Shown here in pieces: positions 12,433 through 24,229 of a stretch of 64,000 bases of DNA. Source of the stretch: Curvularia clavata. Lineage: Eukaryota. The translations under genes and the position numbers were made by a program. The notes beneath the pieces were generated by a model. It saw only the letters and a list, made by a program, of their open reading frames with translations, was not told the DNA's origin and did not search any database. The DNA lies in NCBI GenBank assembly GCA_023920165.1, contig CP089275.1, forward strand, positions 4,712,001-4,776,000. Reading direction: 5' to 3'. The first letter of the stretch is position 1, and every line of letters begins with the position of its first letter.

Positions 12433-13346
12433 GGTGCATGGTGTGCGGATGAATGAGATGATGGAGGCGCATGTCCTACATGTGTATGACTTTGTTACGA
12501 TTGTAGATACCTAGTCGCTTCTGTAGCTGGAAGAACTACGAGCTGGTGCTTTGTCATATACCCGAAATTATGCAATATGTTATATTTGATACACTATGGA
12601 CACGACGTGACGGGCTAGACCAGTGAATGAACTCCTTAGCCTCTAGACACAAGTACTCGACTGGGATACCGTATAGACCTTTATTGCACTATTGGAAACG
12701 GTTTTGACACATCCTCTGTGATAAGTCAGCATATTTGTCACTATCTTCTAGGTTTTGTTGAAGCAAGTCAAAACTAAGATAGCATAGGGCTTTCCTGAAT
12801 AGGACTAGACCGTCGGATGTTACCGTCTTCACGTAGCAGATGTCGGCTCTTGACCCTAGTGGATGGCATGAGTAGTCTAAGGGCAGTTTCGTTTGCTTCT
12901 CGAGTGAGTCGTGCCAGATGTCGCATTGCCGTTACTAAGCGGAAGGGTAGAAGAGACCTACGTTTGAGACCTTTGGGTGTCTCAAATCCGATATGCATCG
13001 TTTGGGTTGTTGTGCATTTTTCAGATTGATTCACGCTCGTTTCCGGTTTGTGGTAGTATGTGATATGTAGTGACAATGCAGATGAAAGCTCATAGTGCAG
13101 TAGCTCTAATGACCAAAGTCACTTGTTATTGAAGATAATAAACCCAAAATAAAAAAGATCAGTATTGTTATGTTTGAAGATTAACTCCTGACACGACACA
13201 TATCATGCGTGGTGGGGTGAATATGATTTGCTTCTCACAATAGAATTTCATACTTACAGCATGCTGCGCTCTCATGCTCCAATTCACCTTTCACTTTCAT
13301 CGATATCCACGTCCCAACCAATAAGCTCGGAGCCAACCTCTTCGCC

Positions 13347-13946
13347 ATGAACGACTCAACGCTCACTACAAAACGCATCTTGCACCTTCTGCAAAAACAC
13401 GGCAGCGGGAGAAAGCCAACGCATCACACCGCCACACTACTCTCAACCCGCGCACCATCAACCCAACCAACTTGCCATCTTGCCGCAAAAATGAACGCCG
13501 AAAACATCATCTGGACCGGTGATCTTGATGAGACACCCGTCTCCACCTCCTCAACCCCCGCCTACCGCCCACCGCAATTCGACGCCAACACGTCCCTCAC
13601 CGCGCATCAAAAGAACCTCCTCATCATCTATCACCTCCACCGGCACTATGAGATCGAATTCATGAACACCGTTGTCGATGTCGACATTACTATCCGGCGC
13701 GAACGTGACGAACCAGGTGTCAAGTTTATTAAGCAGCAGTTGGGGGACATGCAGGAAGAGTTGGCGAGGCATAGAGAGGGGGGGAGGAGGGTGGAGCGGA
13801 AGATAATGAATGAGAGGGAGAGGCTGGGGATGGTCTTGAAAAAGAGGCGGGGAGGGGAGAAGGAGAAGTATGTTGCGAGGAGGCAGCTGGAGGAAATAGA
13901 GAAGGTCATGGAGAAGAGGAAGCAAAAAATAAAGTGCTTGCGTTAG
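13347..13946 (+). CDS. Hypothetical protein with a charged coiled-coil C-terminus (true start may be 13491)
   Basis: 199-aa ATG ORF with an E/K/R-rich helical C-terminal half. No family recognised. Confidence 0.5.
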   Translation: MNDSTLTTKRILHLLQKHGSGRKPTHHTATLLSTRAPSTQPTCHLAAKMNAENIIWTGDLDETPVSTSSTPAYRPPQFDANTSLTAHQKNLLIIYHLHRHYEIEFMNTVVDVDITIRRERDEPGVKFIKQQLGDMQEELARHREGGRRVERKIMNERERLGMVLKKRRGGEKEKYVARRQLEEIEKVMEKRKQKIKCLR

Positions 13947-14376
13947 ATGACCGACGGAGCAAGTATAAGTCAGTTTTGATGGAGAGCTGTACGGTTGCAG
14001 TGCTTGGTAGCTGGCGGCATGTATTCGAGACACAGTTTTCCTTATTGAGATTGACATTCCCTGCTAATGTGTGTAATTATAATTTTTGTGTGCCTTAAGT
14101 GTTAAATACAGCTTGCTCCTGAGAAAAAGAAACATTCGTGGGTGACATTAGGGGATGTTCGTAACAGCAGCAGGCTTACCCTGATGCTTCATGACTTAAT
14201 GTACAGGGGGTATATGTAAAGAGTTGAGTTGTGAAGTGATCCGGGGTATTTTACAGCGTTAAAAGTACAGATATGAGAAGCGCTCAAATTACTTTTCGAG
14301 ATGCCGAAAAAGAAAATCGTAGCTTCAAGGGTGGAGAGATGTGGCGGCGCTCCCTCCAATCTCATCCTGACGCAGG

Positions 14377-15597
14377 TCAGTGAGATTCGAGGAGAGTACT
14401 CGTAACATTAGGGTCGACTGCTGCTTGCGGCTGGGCGTCGTCTTGAGGGTGAGGCTGCGAGATTTCGCCGAGACACCACATACATATCTCTCGACCCCGC
14501 GTTGACCCGCAACGGCAGCGCGCCATGTGGTCAGTGTATGCGTGGCTAAGAGTCGTTTCTTCTTTTTCATAACATCGTAAACAAAGCCATCGATCGAGAA
14601 AACGACGGCGAAGGCTGCAATGGCACTGGTGTAATGTAGAGCACCTACGTAGGTCTGCTGGGAGATGTTTGTCGCAGAACAAGCGCTTCCTTCCTTCTGT
14701 GGTTTGGTGTACTGTTCGGAGAACAGGTGACGGATGAGCCACGTTAGAGCTCACCGATCCAGCAAATGTGTGAGTACCAAGGTCCAAGTCCAAGAAATCG
14801 TCGACACACTCTGGAGGGCCAAAGCTTTCTTCCTCCAACGGTACGTCGATAAGTCCCTGATCATGATAAGGGGGAACCGTGCCAGGAGATGGCTCTTGCC
14901 ATTGTGGCGTGTTCGGAGTACTTGCCAAGTGATTTGGGCTCAGTATGGGGACCTCAGATGGTGAAAGAAGAATGAAGCCACTGTAATTGGGCAACTCTTC
15001 ATCGTCGCATGGCTTCTCAAAAATGCTTTGATATACGCAGTGGATACGGCATTCGTTGCAAGTCGTAACCTTGCATTTCTCGCAAGGCTGTGATTCTGCA
15101 CCGCCATCTATTGCGCCACATTCGACGTATTCATTGCATTCGTATGCGTAGAAGAAGGTCGACTTTACGTGACGCCTTCTTCGTATTTCCACACCTTTAC
15201 CAGGACACCTTAGCTTGCCGAGTAAGTTTTCCAGACTGCCAGGCTGCGGCAAGAGTGTCTGGTGTACAGACTTGGAGCACAGTAGCAGCGCCAGGAGGTC
15301 GTCGGGACAAAGACAAGAAAGGATGTTCTCAACAAGACCGTACTCTCGGAGAGCCACTAACAGAGGGCATGACGGCATCGAACCTGCAGCGCTATCCTGT
15401 CGACTTTTCTTGCGCTCCTCGTGGACTACTTCTGGCGACCTTTGGCGCTTGAGTAGTCTTGAGTGCGTGGCCCCACAGTACTTTCCACTTTGGTCTTCGC
15501 ATGACAGGACTGGCTCATTGGCAAGCGCCTGATGTCCCAGCGACTGAGGAGTCATAATGATCTTGAGGCACCTGGAAAGTGATGAGCAGGGGTCCAT
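14377..15597 (-). CDS. Hypothetical Cys-rich protein with an F-box-like segment
   Basis: 406-aa ORF containing F-box-like LVENILSCLCPDDLLALLLCSK, plus several CxxC clusters (CEKCKVTTCNECRIHC, CLRC, CRC, CMWC). Confidence 0.7.
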   Translation of the reverse strand: MDPCSSLSRCLKIIMTPQSLGHQALANEPVLSCEDQSGKYCGATHSRLLKRQRSPEVVHEERKKSRQDSAAGSMPSCPLLVALREYGLVENILSCLCPDDLLALLLCSKSVHQTLLPQPGSLENLLGKLRCPGKGVEIRRRRHVKSTFFYAYECNEYVECGAIDGGAESQPCEKCKVTTCNECRIHCVYQSIFEKPCDDEELPNYSGFILLSPSEVPILSPNHLASTPNTPQWQEPSPGTVPPYHDQGLIDVPLEEESFGPPECVDDFLDLDLGTHTFAGSVSSNVAHPSPVLRTVHQTTEGRKRLFCDKHLPADLRRCSTLHQCHCSLRRRFLDRWLCLRCYEKEETTLSHAYTDHMARCRCGSTRGREICMWCLGEISQPHPQDDAQPQAAVDPNVTSTLLESH

Positions 15598-16549
15598 GCA
15601 ACGTAAAAGTGTAGTAGGGTAAGGCTGTCACTGACTAGGCAGTTCATGATGACAAACCGCGCTATGGGACGTATAGGTACCGAGTATTTGGTAGATTTGT
15701 GAAACGCTGCTGGACTGACGTACTTCACTTCACGTCAAAACGTGTATGCAGCTTCCCGCGCGTAGACAAGCGCTTAAAAGCCGGACAAGTCCAGGCCTGG
15801 GTCCATGTTACTGTTGCCCCGAATCAGTGCTCTGGCGGGGGATTTTAAAAGAAAAACGCGGCAGATGTGAGGCTCGGCTGCAGCGAAGAAATGATGGAGT
15901 GGCAGGTGGGTTTGAGCGTAGTGAGGCGTCAGTAGTGTCGAAAACAGTATTACAGCAGTGATTGTTGTGGGGACAAAATTCGAAAATCAGCGGACCGGAA
16001 AGTGCGCCGGAACGATACGGAACGCCATTCCGACGGCTTCCGATCGCCAATTAAGCCACGATGACATAATGGTTCGTCGGTGTCTTTCTTCCGTTCATCC
16101 ATGGCGAACCACCAATACTCCAAACACCCAACTCTTTCCAAAAGGTGAGTTTGGGCAACTGAGCTGAAAAACGGTGTTGCGTTCCTACAATTTCCGCACC
16201 AGTGGTCGAAAGGCAGCTTCTAAACACAACTACGGCATAAGCATAGGCCCGGGATTGCGCGACCGAAGTACATTGGCTCTGGTGGCCGTTTAGAGGTCTT
16301 TGCTAACAAGTCTTCGGTTTCAAAATGCACGGTCGCGGTCATTCAACTTCCTGGATGACGTAGACTAGCAATCAAGCATCATGGCCAAAGCGAATGTTAC
16401 GGATAAGAATACATTTCAGAGACTAGTAGTTTTGCCCAGATGACTTGAGCGCCCGAAGGTTCTGGGCTCTCTCCTTGATGAATCTCATCTCACACGGTCC
16501 ATTTTGATTGCCCTGGCCATGTTCCCTCGACTATATTTAGGACCATACC

Positions 16550-16768
16550 CTACTTGTTTTCGTCGGGGATAGAGTAGCAGCATCCGATGTCGAGCACATT
16601 GTAGAAGGTGCAATCGCGTTGCACCCAAAAGCCACCTTTCTTGTAGCAGGTTGACTTGGTAGTGCAGATTCCAGAAGGATCGGATCGTCCACAGGGTGCT
16701 GGATACGGGTCCTTGGGGGCACCGAGTGCGACGGCTGTAAGGGTTGCGACAATGAGGAGAAACTTCAT
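16550..16768 (-). CDS. Small secreted cysteine-rich peptide (72 aa, 6 Cys)
   Basis: Good start context (caaaATG), signal peptide MKFLLIVATLTAVALG, and Cys pattern C-x8-C-x5-C-x11-C-x9-CC. Confidence 0.8.
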   Translation of the reverse strand: MKFLLIVATLTAVALGAPKDPYPAPCGRSDPSGICTTKSTCYKKGGFWVQRDCTFYNVLDIGCCYSIPDENK

Positions 16769-18652
16769 TTTGAGATGAAGTTGCTTGTATAGTTGTATTT
16801 GGATGTATGGGTGGGGTTGCCTGTTGCGGTGGATGGTAAAGCAGATGGAGTACTGTCGCGATTCACTGACTCTGTTCTTGCACAGACACGAGAACGAAGC
16901 CGTTTAAATACACAGCAAAGCCAAGTTCAAGACGCCACTGACATGACTGCTGTACACTTCTCATATCCGTTTGACTATGCAGTACGAGCCTGGAATTGTA
17001 GCATTGATCGGTCGTCCAAAGAGATCATAGAACACGTCCGATCCATGTGTAGTGTCGACCGCGAACCATCGTACCTAGCTCGAGATGGCTGTGGCTGTTA
17101 TATATCCAGTCCAAATCGTTGGCCAATTTGTTGGCCATATGTACGATTGTCGTCATGGTGTTCATATGGGTAGATTATACCAGGACGCTTAGCGAGTCGG
17201 TTAATGTAGCTTCCCCGGGTTTTTGTTTCTTCGCAACGCGGCAAGCACCCGCTAGGAATTCTGCCATATTACGATGCTCGTATGGTTCTGTCATGTCGCA
17301 CGTGTGCAGGCTCTGGTATGCAATGAAGAGAAGCGAAGAAAATCTGGATTTCAGCTTCAATGGGTGTTCGGCGAAGTGGTCGACTCCGAGGAGGTTTTTT
17401 GTTTAGACAGCAAATCCGGACAGCTTTTGTGAGGCAGCTACACGCGCCTCCAAGCCCCCAAGCCTCACAGCCTCATGGGTCGCTCGTATTCCTCGCGCAG
17501 AGCAGCGTGATCAATATGGCTGGCCATGGCAGACCCGGATTCGAATCAGCAACCCTTGATAATCATATTGGGCATTGGCACATACGAAGGTGGCAATGCC
17601 CGCTTGCATGAAAGGGTAGCCAAGCAGTTTCTTTGTAGTACGTTTTTAGGATGGATGAAATGCTATGCATTGCTAGACCAGCATCTCTTATCTGCGTTCG
17701 AGTCAGACAAGGACAGGCTTAGTATGCAGCGTGGCGCGGGATTTATGCATCCACACGACTCTTGTAATCCTTTCAAGGAAAAATTGCCGCGTTCTAGAAG
17801 AGAAAGGAAACACTACCGGAGCGCTCTTGGCCTTGTCCGGTGTCGCGAGGGTTGGGTAGGCCTGCGCTCGGAGTAAGCGGTGCAGGGCGATGCGGGGCAT
17901 GAGTATGTCGACCGCGGAGGCTAACCCAATGTCACACGTTCGCTACGTCACTCGTACGCGTCTCCTAGGCTGTCCCATGTCTTGTGTAGCCTCAAACGTC
18001 GACCGAGCGTACAGCTTAGAAGAGGCCGGCGTGATGAACAAGGTGAAGAGTGTTTTGGCATGTCGATGGTCGCAGGGCATGAGCAGCTGATGGTTGTGAA
18101 ACAGCAGCCTTTTCTCTCCTCGGACGCAGACAGACGTACAAAGTAGAAACTGTGCCCACGACGGCGCATAAGCAGCCACCTGTGTATTTGCTTTGTGCAG
18201 TGTGCGTGTGCAGCGCCCCATCTGCAGGTGCAGGGAGCAATTTTCTTCTAAAAAGCTTCTAGAAGGAAGGTTTTTCGGTCTGTCCAGCTGGCCCTCGGGA
18301 ACCGGGCGCCGCCGACGGCTGCCGCAGCCCTGATTGGCCAGCACGGCCGCCCCAAGTGCAGGGGTCAATCTACCTGCAGCATCCTTCTCCACCTTTTGTT
18401 CTCAGCATCAGCCGCATGCTTTGACCGCGCCCAACATCACTTCATACCAAGGACATGCTGCTGTTGTCCTCTGGTGCTTCTTTATCTGCTTCCGACAAAT
18501 CTCCCAGCCAGCGCATCCCCGCACGCTATCCATCCCCAACCGCTGCCTAGATAGCCCTAAGCTATCTCCGCTATGACGGATTGATATTGTCCAACCTCTC
18601 TTGAGCATTGCTTGCCTTTCCGACCAGCCTAGATCCCTGACCGTCAAGAAAA

Positions 18653-20443
18653 ATGGCCATGGCCCCAAGAAAGGGCACGCGACGGGCGTGTGACCCTTGT
18701 TCTGTCCGTAAGTCTCAGTAACAGCTCAACAAAACACCCACGGAATTGACACTCTACTTGCTGTATACAGGAAAGGTGCGCTGTGACGGTAACCAGCCAT
18801 GTGCGAGGTGCGAAGCCGCCAAGTGGGACTGCACTTATCTCAAAACGCATGGGAAGAGTGGCCCCAAAGGACCACGGCGGACAACCGAAGCCGCCATCAG
18901 AAGACTGCAAGAACGCAGCAAGAGTAGCCGTGATGGATCCAGAAGCACCAGTGAGACCAGCTTTGACACCGGTAGCCCGGTTAACGAGCTACCCTATCTT
19001 AACCCAATGCCTCCCATTGGCGACCACCACACGTGCTCAAAGGGCTGGCCCGAGATTATCAGTCCCACAATCTCCACCACCGCTATCCCAGAAACCCAAC
19101 GAATACCCGTAGCATGCCTCTCCCAGTATCTCGAAATCTACCAGGCCCGTGGATACGGCATTTGGCCAGTCGTCGATGCTGAAGCCCTGACTGGGCGTTT
19201 ACTCACCCACTCACATGATCTTGAGTCTTATGCACTAGCCACTTCCATATGTGCGGCTATTGTGAGCCAGTTCTCGATTGACGTTGAGCCCGGAAGCCCG
19301 GTCGAGGGCTCGTATCGCGTCTCAAGCAGCGCGTTCGAGCTAGAAGCGAAAAGAGCAAGGAACGAATCCGACCATCTGGAGAACATAACCATGTCATCGT
19401 TACTAAGCAGTTTCTTCCTGCACGTCTATTCTGCCAATGTCGGCCGGATGAATGCGTCAACAGTTTTACTTGGAGAGGCTATTTTCAAAGCCCACGTCCT
19501 CGGCTTGCATAAGCCAACCCACTATCAGCTCATGGATCCAAACCAGACGCAATATGCCTTGAGAGTCTACTGGCTCCTCTTTATCACCGAACGTGCTCAT
19601 TCCTTGCAGCACGATGTCCCGACAACACTGAAACGGTCACCTGACCTCCCAAGACTCGAAGACTTGCATGATGGATCCGTTACGCCCGCTTTCGTCCAGC
19701 TTTGTCGACTGTTCAACATTCTCGATGTCACAATCACCGCCGATCCTGCAAGTGCTCGGCGGGCACTTGCCTTGGCTCAGCAACAGCTTAGTAGTGATGA
19801 AGATTCTCTCAGTCTGGAGAACGAGCTCCAGCGTGCCGATATCACCATGACGCAGCAGTGGATGCGTATCTTCCTGTGGCAACATGCGCTGAATGTGACA
19901 AACCTGAGCAGTCAGGCAACCCACGACGAAGAATTTTCGTTTCGCTTTCCCGCTAGGGTAGCTCAAAACGTACTCAGCAATCTAAGTAATCTTTCGCGGC
20001 AAAGTGTCGAGGCACACGGGCCCGGCATGGTATGAATCTCACGGCAGCAACACCGGTTCCTCTGCTGACCTTTGTGATAGGAATCGAAGCTATTTGATGT
20101 GGCCAACTCTCTCGCTGATGTGATGATGATTATGCCATCACTGAACCACGAGTCGGGTTTCGATGTTGGTCCTAGAGATCTTATGCATTCACTCTCCCAA
20201 GTCCTCGCTGGCTTCCGTGGCGGCAACCCTGCCGTCATAAGCATATTACAAGAGAAACTTGCCGCCCTCGGACTTGGTGTGGGATCTCCACAGAGAATGT
20301 TGGAGCTTTCCTCGCCCGAAGAAGAGCCTGAAGAGTTTCGCACTAGGTCTATGCCAGCCTCATCATCCTATGTGCCACTCGGAAACGATCCACCGATAAT
20401 GTCACCTCTTCCGCCCCCGATGAGCATGGACGGAAGATATTGA
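18653..20443 (+). CDS. Zn(II)2Cys6 transcription factor, AmyR/MalR-like sugar-regulator type; exons 18653-18707, 18771-20029, 20081-20443
   Basis: Spliced binuclear cluster ACDPCSVRKVRCDGNQPCARCEAAKWDC, middle homology region (RVYWLLFITER, ADITMTQQWMRIFLW), and EAHGPGM-ESKLFDVA. Confidence 0.88.
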
Positions 20444-21965
20444 TCTACGGTTGATTTGGATGAAATACTTGAGCTCACTAAGAGCCGAACACCGCCCGAT
20501 CTACCGAAACAGATCAAGATACAAAGACTTTTGACTGGCTCGCCTGTGTCCAAGCCAAGTACTATTCATTGCAGAGATCCCTGGTCTGTAGTTACAGACC
20601 AAGTCAGAAGTCGAGTTCATCCGGAGCGCTTGCATGGACCACATAGTCGACATTTCAATACCGCTGAGTTTGAACAACTTTATAGCCAGTGGTGCTGTAT
20701 GGCATGATGGCTTCGCATGGCTTTATCCCAAAAAATCTACTTGCTGGAATGCTTTCGAAACAGTCGACATCTCCTTTGGCCCGTCTTGTGATCCAGCTTC
20801 CCATTGTCCGCAAAACCCCGACATGAGGAAGCCTCATACACCGAAATTGGAGCCGATTGTCTGGTTCGGGCAAGCCTTATCGGCTTGCTTCAAATCTTGC
20901 ATCAGATGTAAACACTTGGGTGTTTATTTATGAGAGATGCGCTAAGCAGCTGGCATCTCATTATTGCAGCGGCGCGTCTCAGGATGATCTCCACGGGCGC
21001 AATTAGTATATCGATGAACACGATGATATGAGGATGATAGGGGTTGCTCGTACGATCCATCGAAACGCCTGGAAGGTCCTAGCACCAATCAAGCCACGCA
21101 AACGGATCTTGGACACCAAAAGTGGATAGACGGCTAACAAAAGAGGGAAATTACATGGACTCAGATTCGACTGTTGTTACATGTTACACGCCTATAGGCT
21201 ACTATCGAGGCATATTGCGCGACCCGGAGGACTAACGTAACAACAGGTAATGAAAATTTCCTATGAGATGATCGATGCGGAGCTCGTGCAATTTCGAGGA
21301 AACTATTCGCAGAGCAAAGTTCATTTCTATTTACCACTGTACTTTGATCAGTCCTATCGTCTGTCCTTCGTTCGGATTTTGCCCCATCTCACCTTTCACT
21401 TGCTTTTGTTTCAGAACATGATCGCATGCTACGAAATTTTTAGCTTAGTGGTACATACTACCCAGTATTTTGAAGTGAGGGAAGGCTGTCGCGATGCATA
21501 GCAACGTGTCGACGGATTGCTTGGTGTTACCAATCCTCTAGATGTGTTCTCTCGCAGTGTATCCGAAATGTACCTATAGACCCATGGGCTTAACTTGTAG
21601 TGTCATTGAAGCGTTTATAAGCCTTTCTCATACTGTCTCCGTGGTTTGCTCTATTCAGTGTAATTCTGATTGAGCTTCATTCCCACTATTAGTGTACGCG
21701 AGGCGAGGGCATAGTATACCAGATACAGGCTAGCGCCAAGCAGGATATGACGAGATATTGAGTGAAAGCAAACTCCATGTGGGCCACCTACTTAGTCATC
21801 CCCGCCTTCACCTTCACCTTAGGCAACTAGGCTACCAATATCCGCGCAACGGGTTCGAGGCACAACTTGCGTATGTTTTGTTTTCATTGTAACTCCAAAC
21901 ATACGGTGTACCAAAACCACTCGACCAGTATTCAACCCCGTTGCGCGCCCGACTGGAACAACAAC

Positions 21966-24229
21966 ATGGAATCTTCGCCGCCCGAGCTGAGCTTGAAGAT
22001 TATGCGCGGTCTTTTCACGCGCGGCGACAAAGACAAAGCGCTTGCCGAGCTCAGGGTAGCGCTCTCGCTCCTGCAGCTGTCAGGTCTGGAGGACCTTGAG
22101 TACCGCTTCCTCGCAACGGAAGCATTTCTCAAACCCTGGGCGGTATTTCGAGATGCAATCCTCATGCTCAAGCCCGAGGGCATAGCAGACGCAACTACAG
22201 TAGCTGTAAGTGAGGGTGGTAAAGGTATCTTACGCACGGACATACTGTGGTTTTATACACAGTTCGACGAAGATATGTACCGCCACGACCCTTGGGCAAG
22301 AGACGACAGATATTGCATCTATATCGATAAGAAGGGCTGGGGTGTTGAGGAATACGAAAAGCATCTCTTCGCATGGCTGCTGCAAACATTCAAGGTCGGC
22401 AAGTCGCGTAATCCATGGGGCTTCGACTATTTCGAATTACGAAACATATGCACTGCATGGCAAGCGGTCTTTGTGCCAATCGTCAATGCGGTCCGCGCCT
22501 CGTACGGCTTCAGGGGTCGACGATATTATGGACGCCTTGCGCTCTTTGTTGAAGAGAGATGTCCTTCTGGATTAGCCTTTCCGACAGGACATATAAGCCC
22601 TTCCCATAACAATTTCTCCACAAGTCCTCATCGCGCCTTGTTCCCGCTGAGATTCAGCAATGGCGCCGGTGTGTTGACACGAAAGCATTACGATGAGACT
22701 GAAAAGGAACTCCGCACTGTCTATCCTCAGTATGGAGGCTTAGTCGAACGCCCAAAGTTCAAGCACAGGATGGATGAGTGGCTAGAGGAGCAACGTGCGC
22801 GGGCAAATCTGAGGAAGGCGGCTGAGCGGGCTCGTGAAGCCAAGGCTTCTCTATCTGAAGTGGTCACGGGTGATGCCAACCAGACTCCGACTAGTAGCAC
22901 ACGCTCAGTCAAGGACCCTAAGGGCCAGGAGAAAGATGGCAGTATCAGCCCAATCAGGCGGGTTTCAAACAGTATTAGACGTTCAATTTCTCGTCGTCTG
23001 TCCAAGCTGACACCATCAGAACAGCCGAAGAGCCCGTTACATGGAGTTACCCGTCAACTCTACATACCTGACGATCTGCCGTCGCCTGGTTCGCAAGATG
23101 CGCGGAATACCTCAACAATGCCCAGGCATATGAGATCGACTTCCGCGGGCTCATCCGATACGACAATCATTACACCCTGGCCCCGTCCTAGCACAGAGCG
23201 AAAGTCGCCCGAGCAGAGCGTCTACAGCGAGAGACCCCTGACTAAGAACAACCAGCTTAGAAATTTCGAGCTCACCGACACTCCGTAAGTTTGCTGTGGC
23301 GTATCCTGTGAACTGAACAGCAGCTAACAATATGCAGTTCTGCGTCCCGTGATGTTCCCCAGATTTATCCCGAGTGCATATCCACTCCTTTCGACGTTTG
23401 CAATGAAGCACAGATCCTGCAGGAACATGTTGACCGCAATGAATCGTTTTCTCCGCGCAAGGGCACGTCGAGCGGCATTCCGCGACTAGCACGTAGAGAT
23501 ATTCGACAAGACCAGCAAGGTGCACCAGTAGCACCGATCAGCGATCAGAAGTCATGTGCCGAGCGACGCAATCCAAGCTACGAGGGCAGCGGATGGGGAA
23601 AGGATATTTCTATGATGGATTCAGGCACAATCAAAGCAGATGCTGGTCGAGTCTTTGAGCCAAAGCGACCCACGAAATCAACCACTCGTCTACCTGCCCC
23701 AATCAAGCCTACTCCATACTATGGCCAACTTCGAGCTGCAACAGAGAACAGCCGTGATGCGTCATCTGTATCCTTTGGAAGCCTCGAAACAGCCCGTCCA
23801 AAGCCAGTTGCGTGGCCGGGTACGTCTCCAGAAGACAAGTCTGTACTGGCTGCAGTGAACGACCAGGACGATTTTCTACCGCCTATCCCGGCGAGAAACC
23901 CAGAACGACGCAGTGAAATGCGATGCCAAGCCAGCATCTCTCATCCACAGCAGAGGGAGCGTTCTGCATCTAATCGTAGCGCGGCTCGCATAGTGTCGAA
24001 AGAAAACATTCGTGCTGCGCTCGGCGGACATTCACGAGACAGCTCAGTGGAGGACGTCCCGCTAGTACAGTGCATAGAGACGGACCAGGATCAGTGCTCG
24101 TATGCGCCCTCTGGAGGCCTCAAGCTGCAAACATACAACACACATATGTTCCCGCGCGGAGACAGGCGAAAGGGTACCCCGGTTGGAGGATGGGTCGGTG
24201 CACCTGGAGGCAGGAACACGACCGGCTAA
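21966..24229 (+). CDS. Hypothetical protein with a globular N-terminus and long S/P/R-rich disordered tail; exons 21966-23284 and 23338-24229
   Basis: A GTAAGT...GCTAAC...CAG intron (23285-23337) joins the 21867 and 23612 ORFs in frame with no stop codon. Confidence 0.75.

Noticed and set aside
17526..17560. tRNA-like T-loop (TTCGAAT) on the minus strand
   Set aside because: The T-stem and acceptor stem do not pair and no cloverleaf forms.
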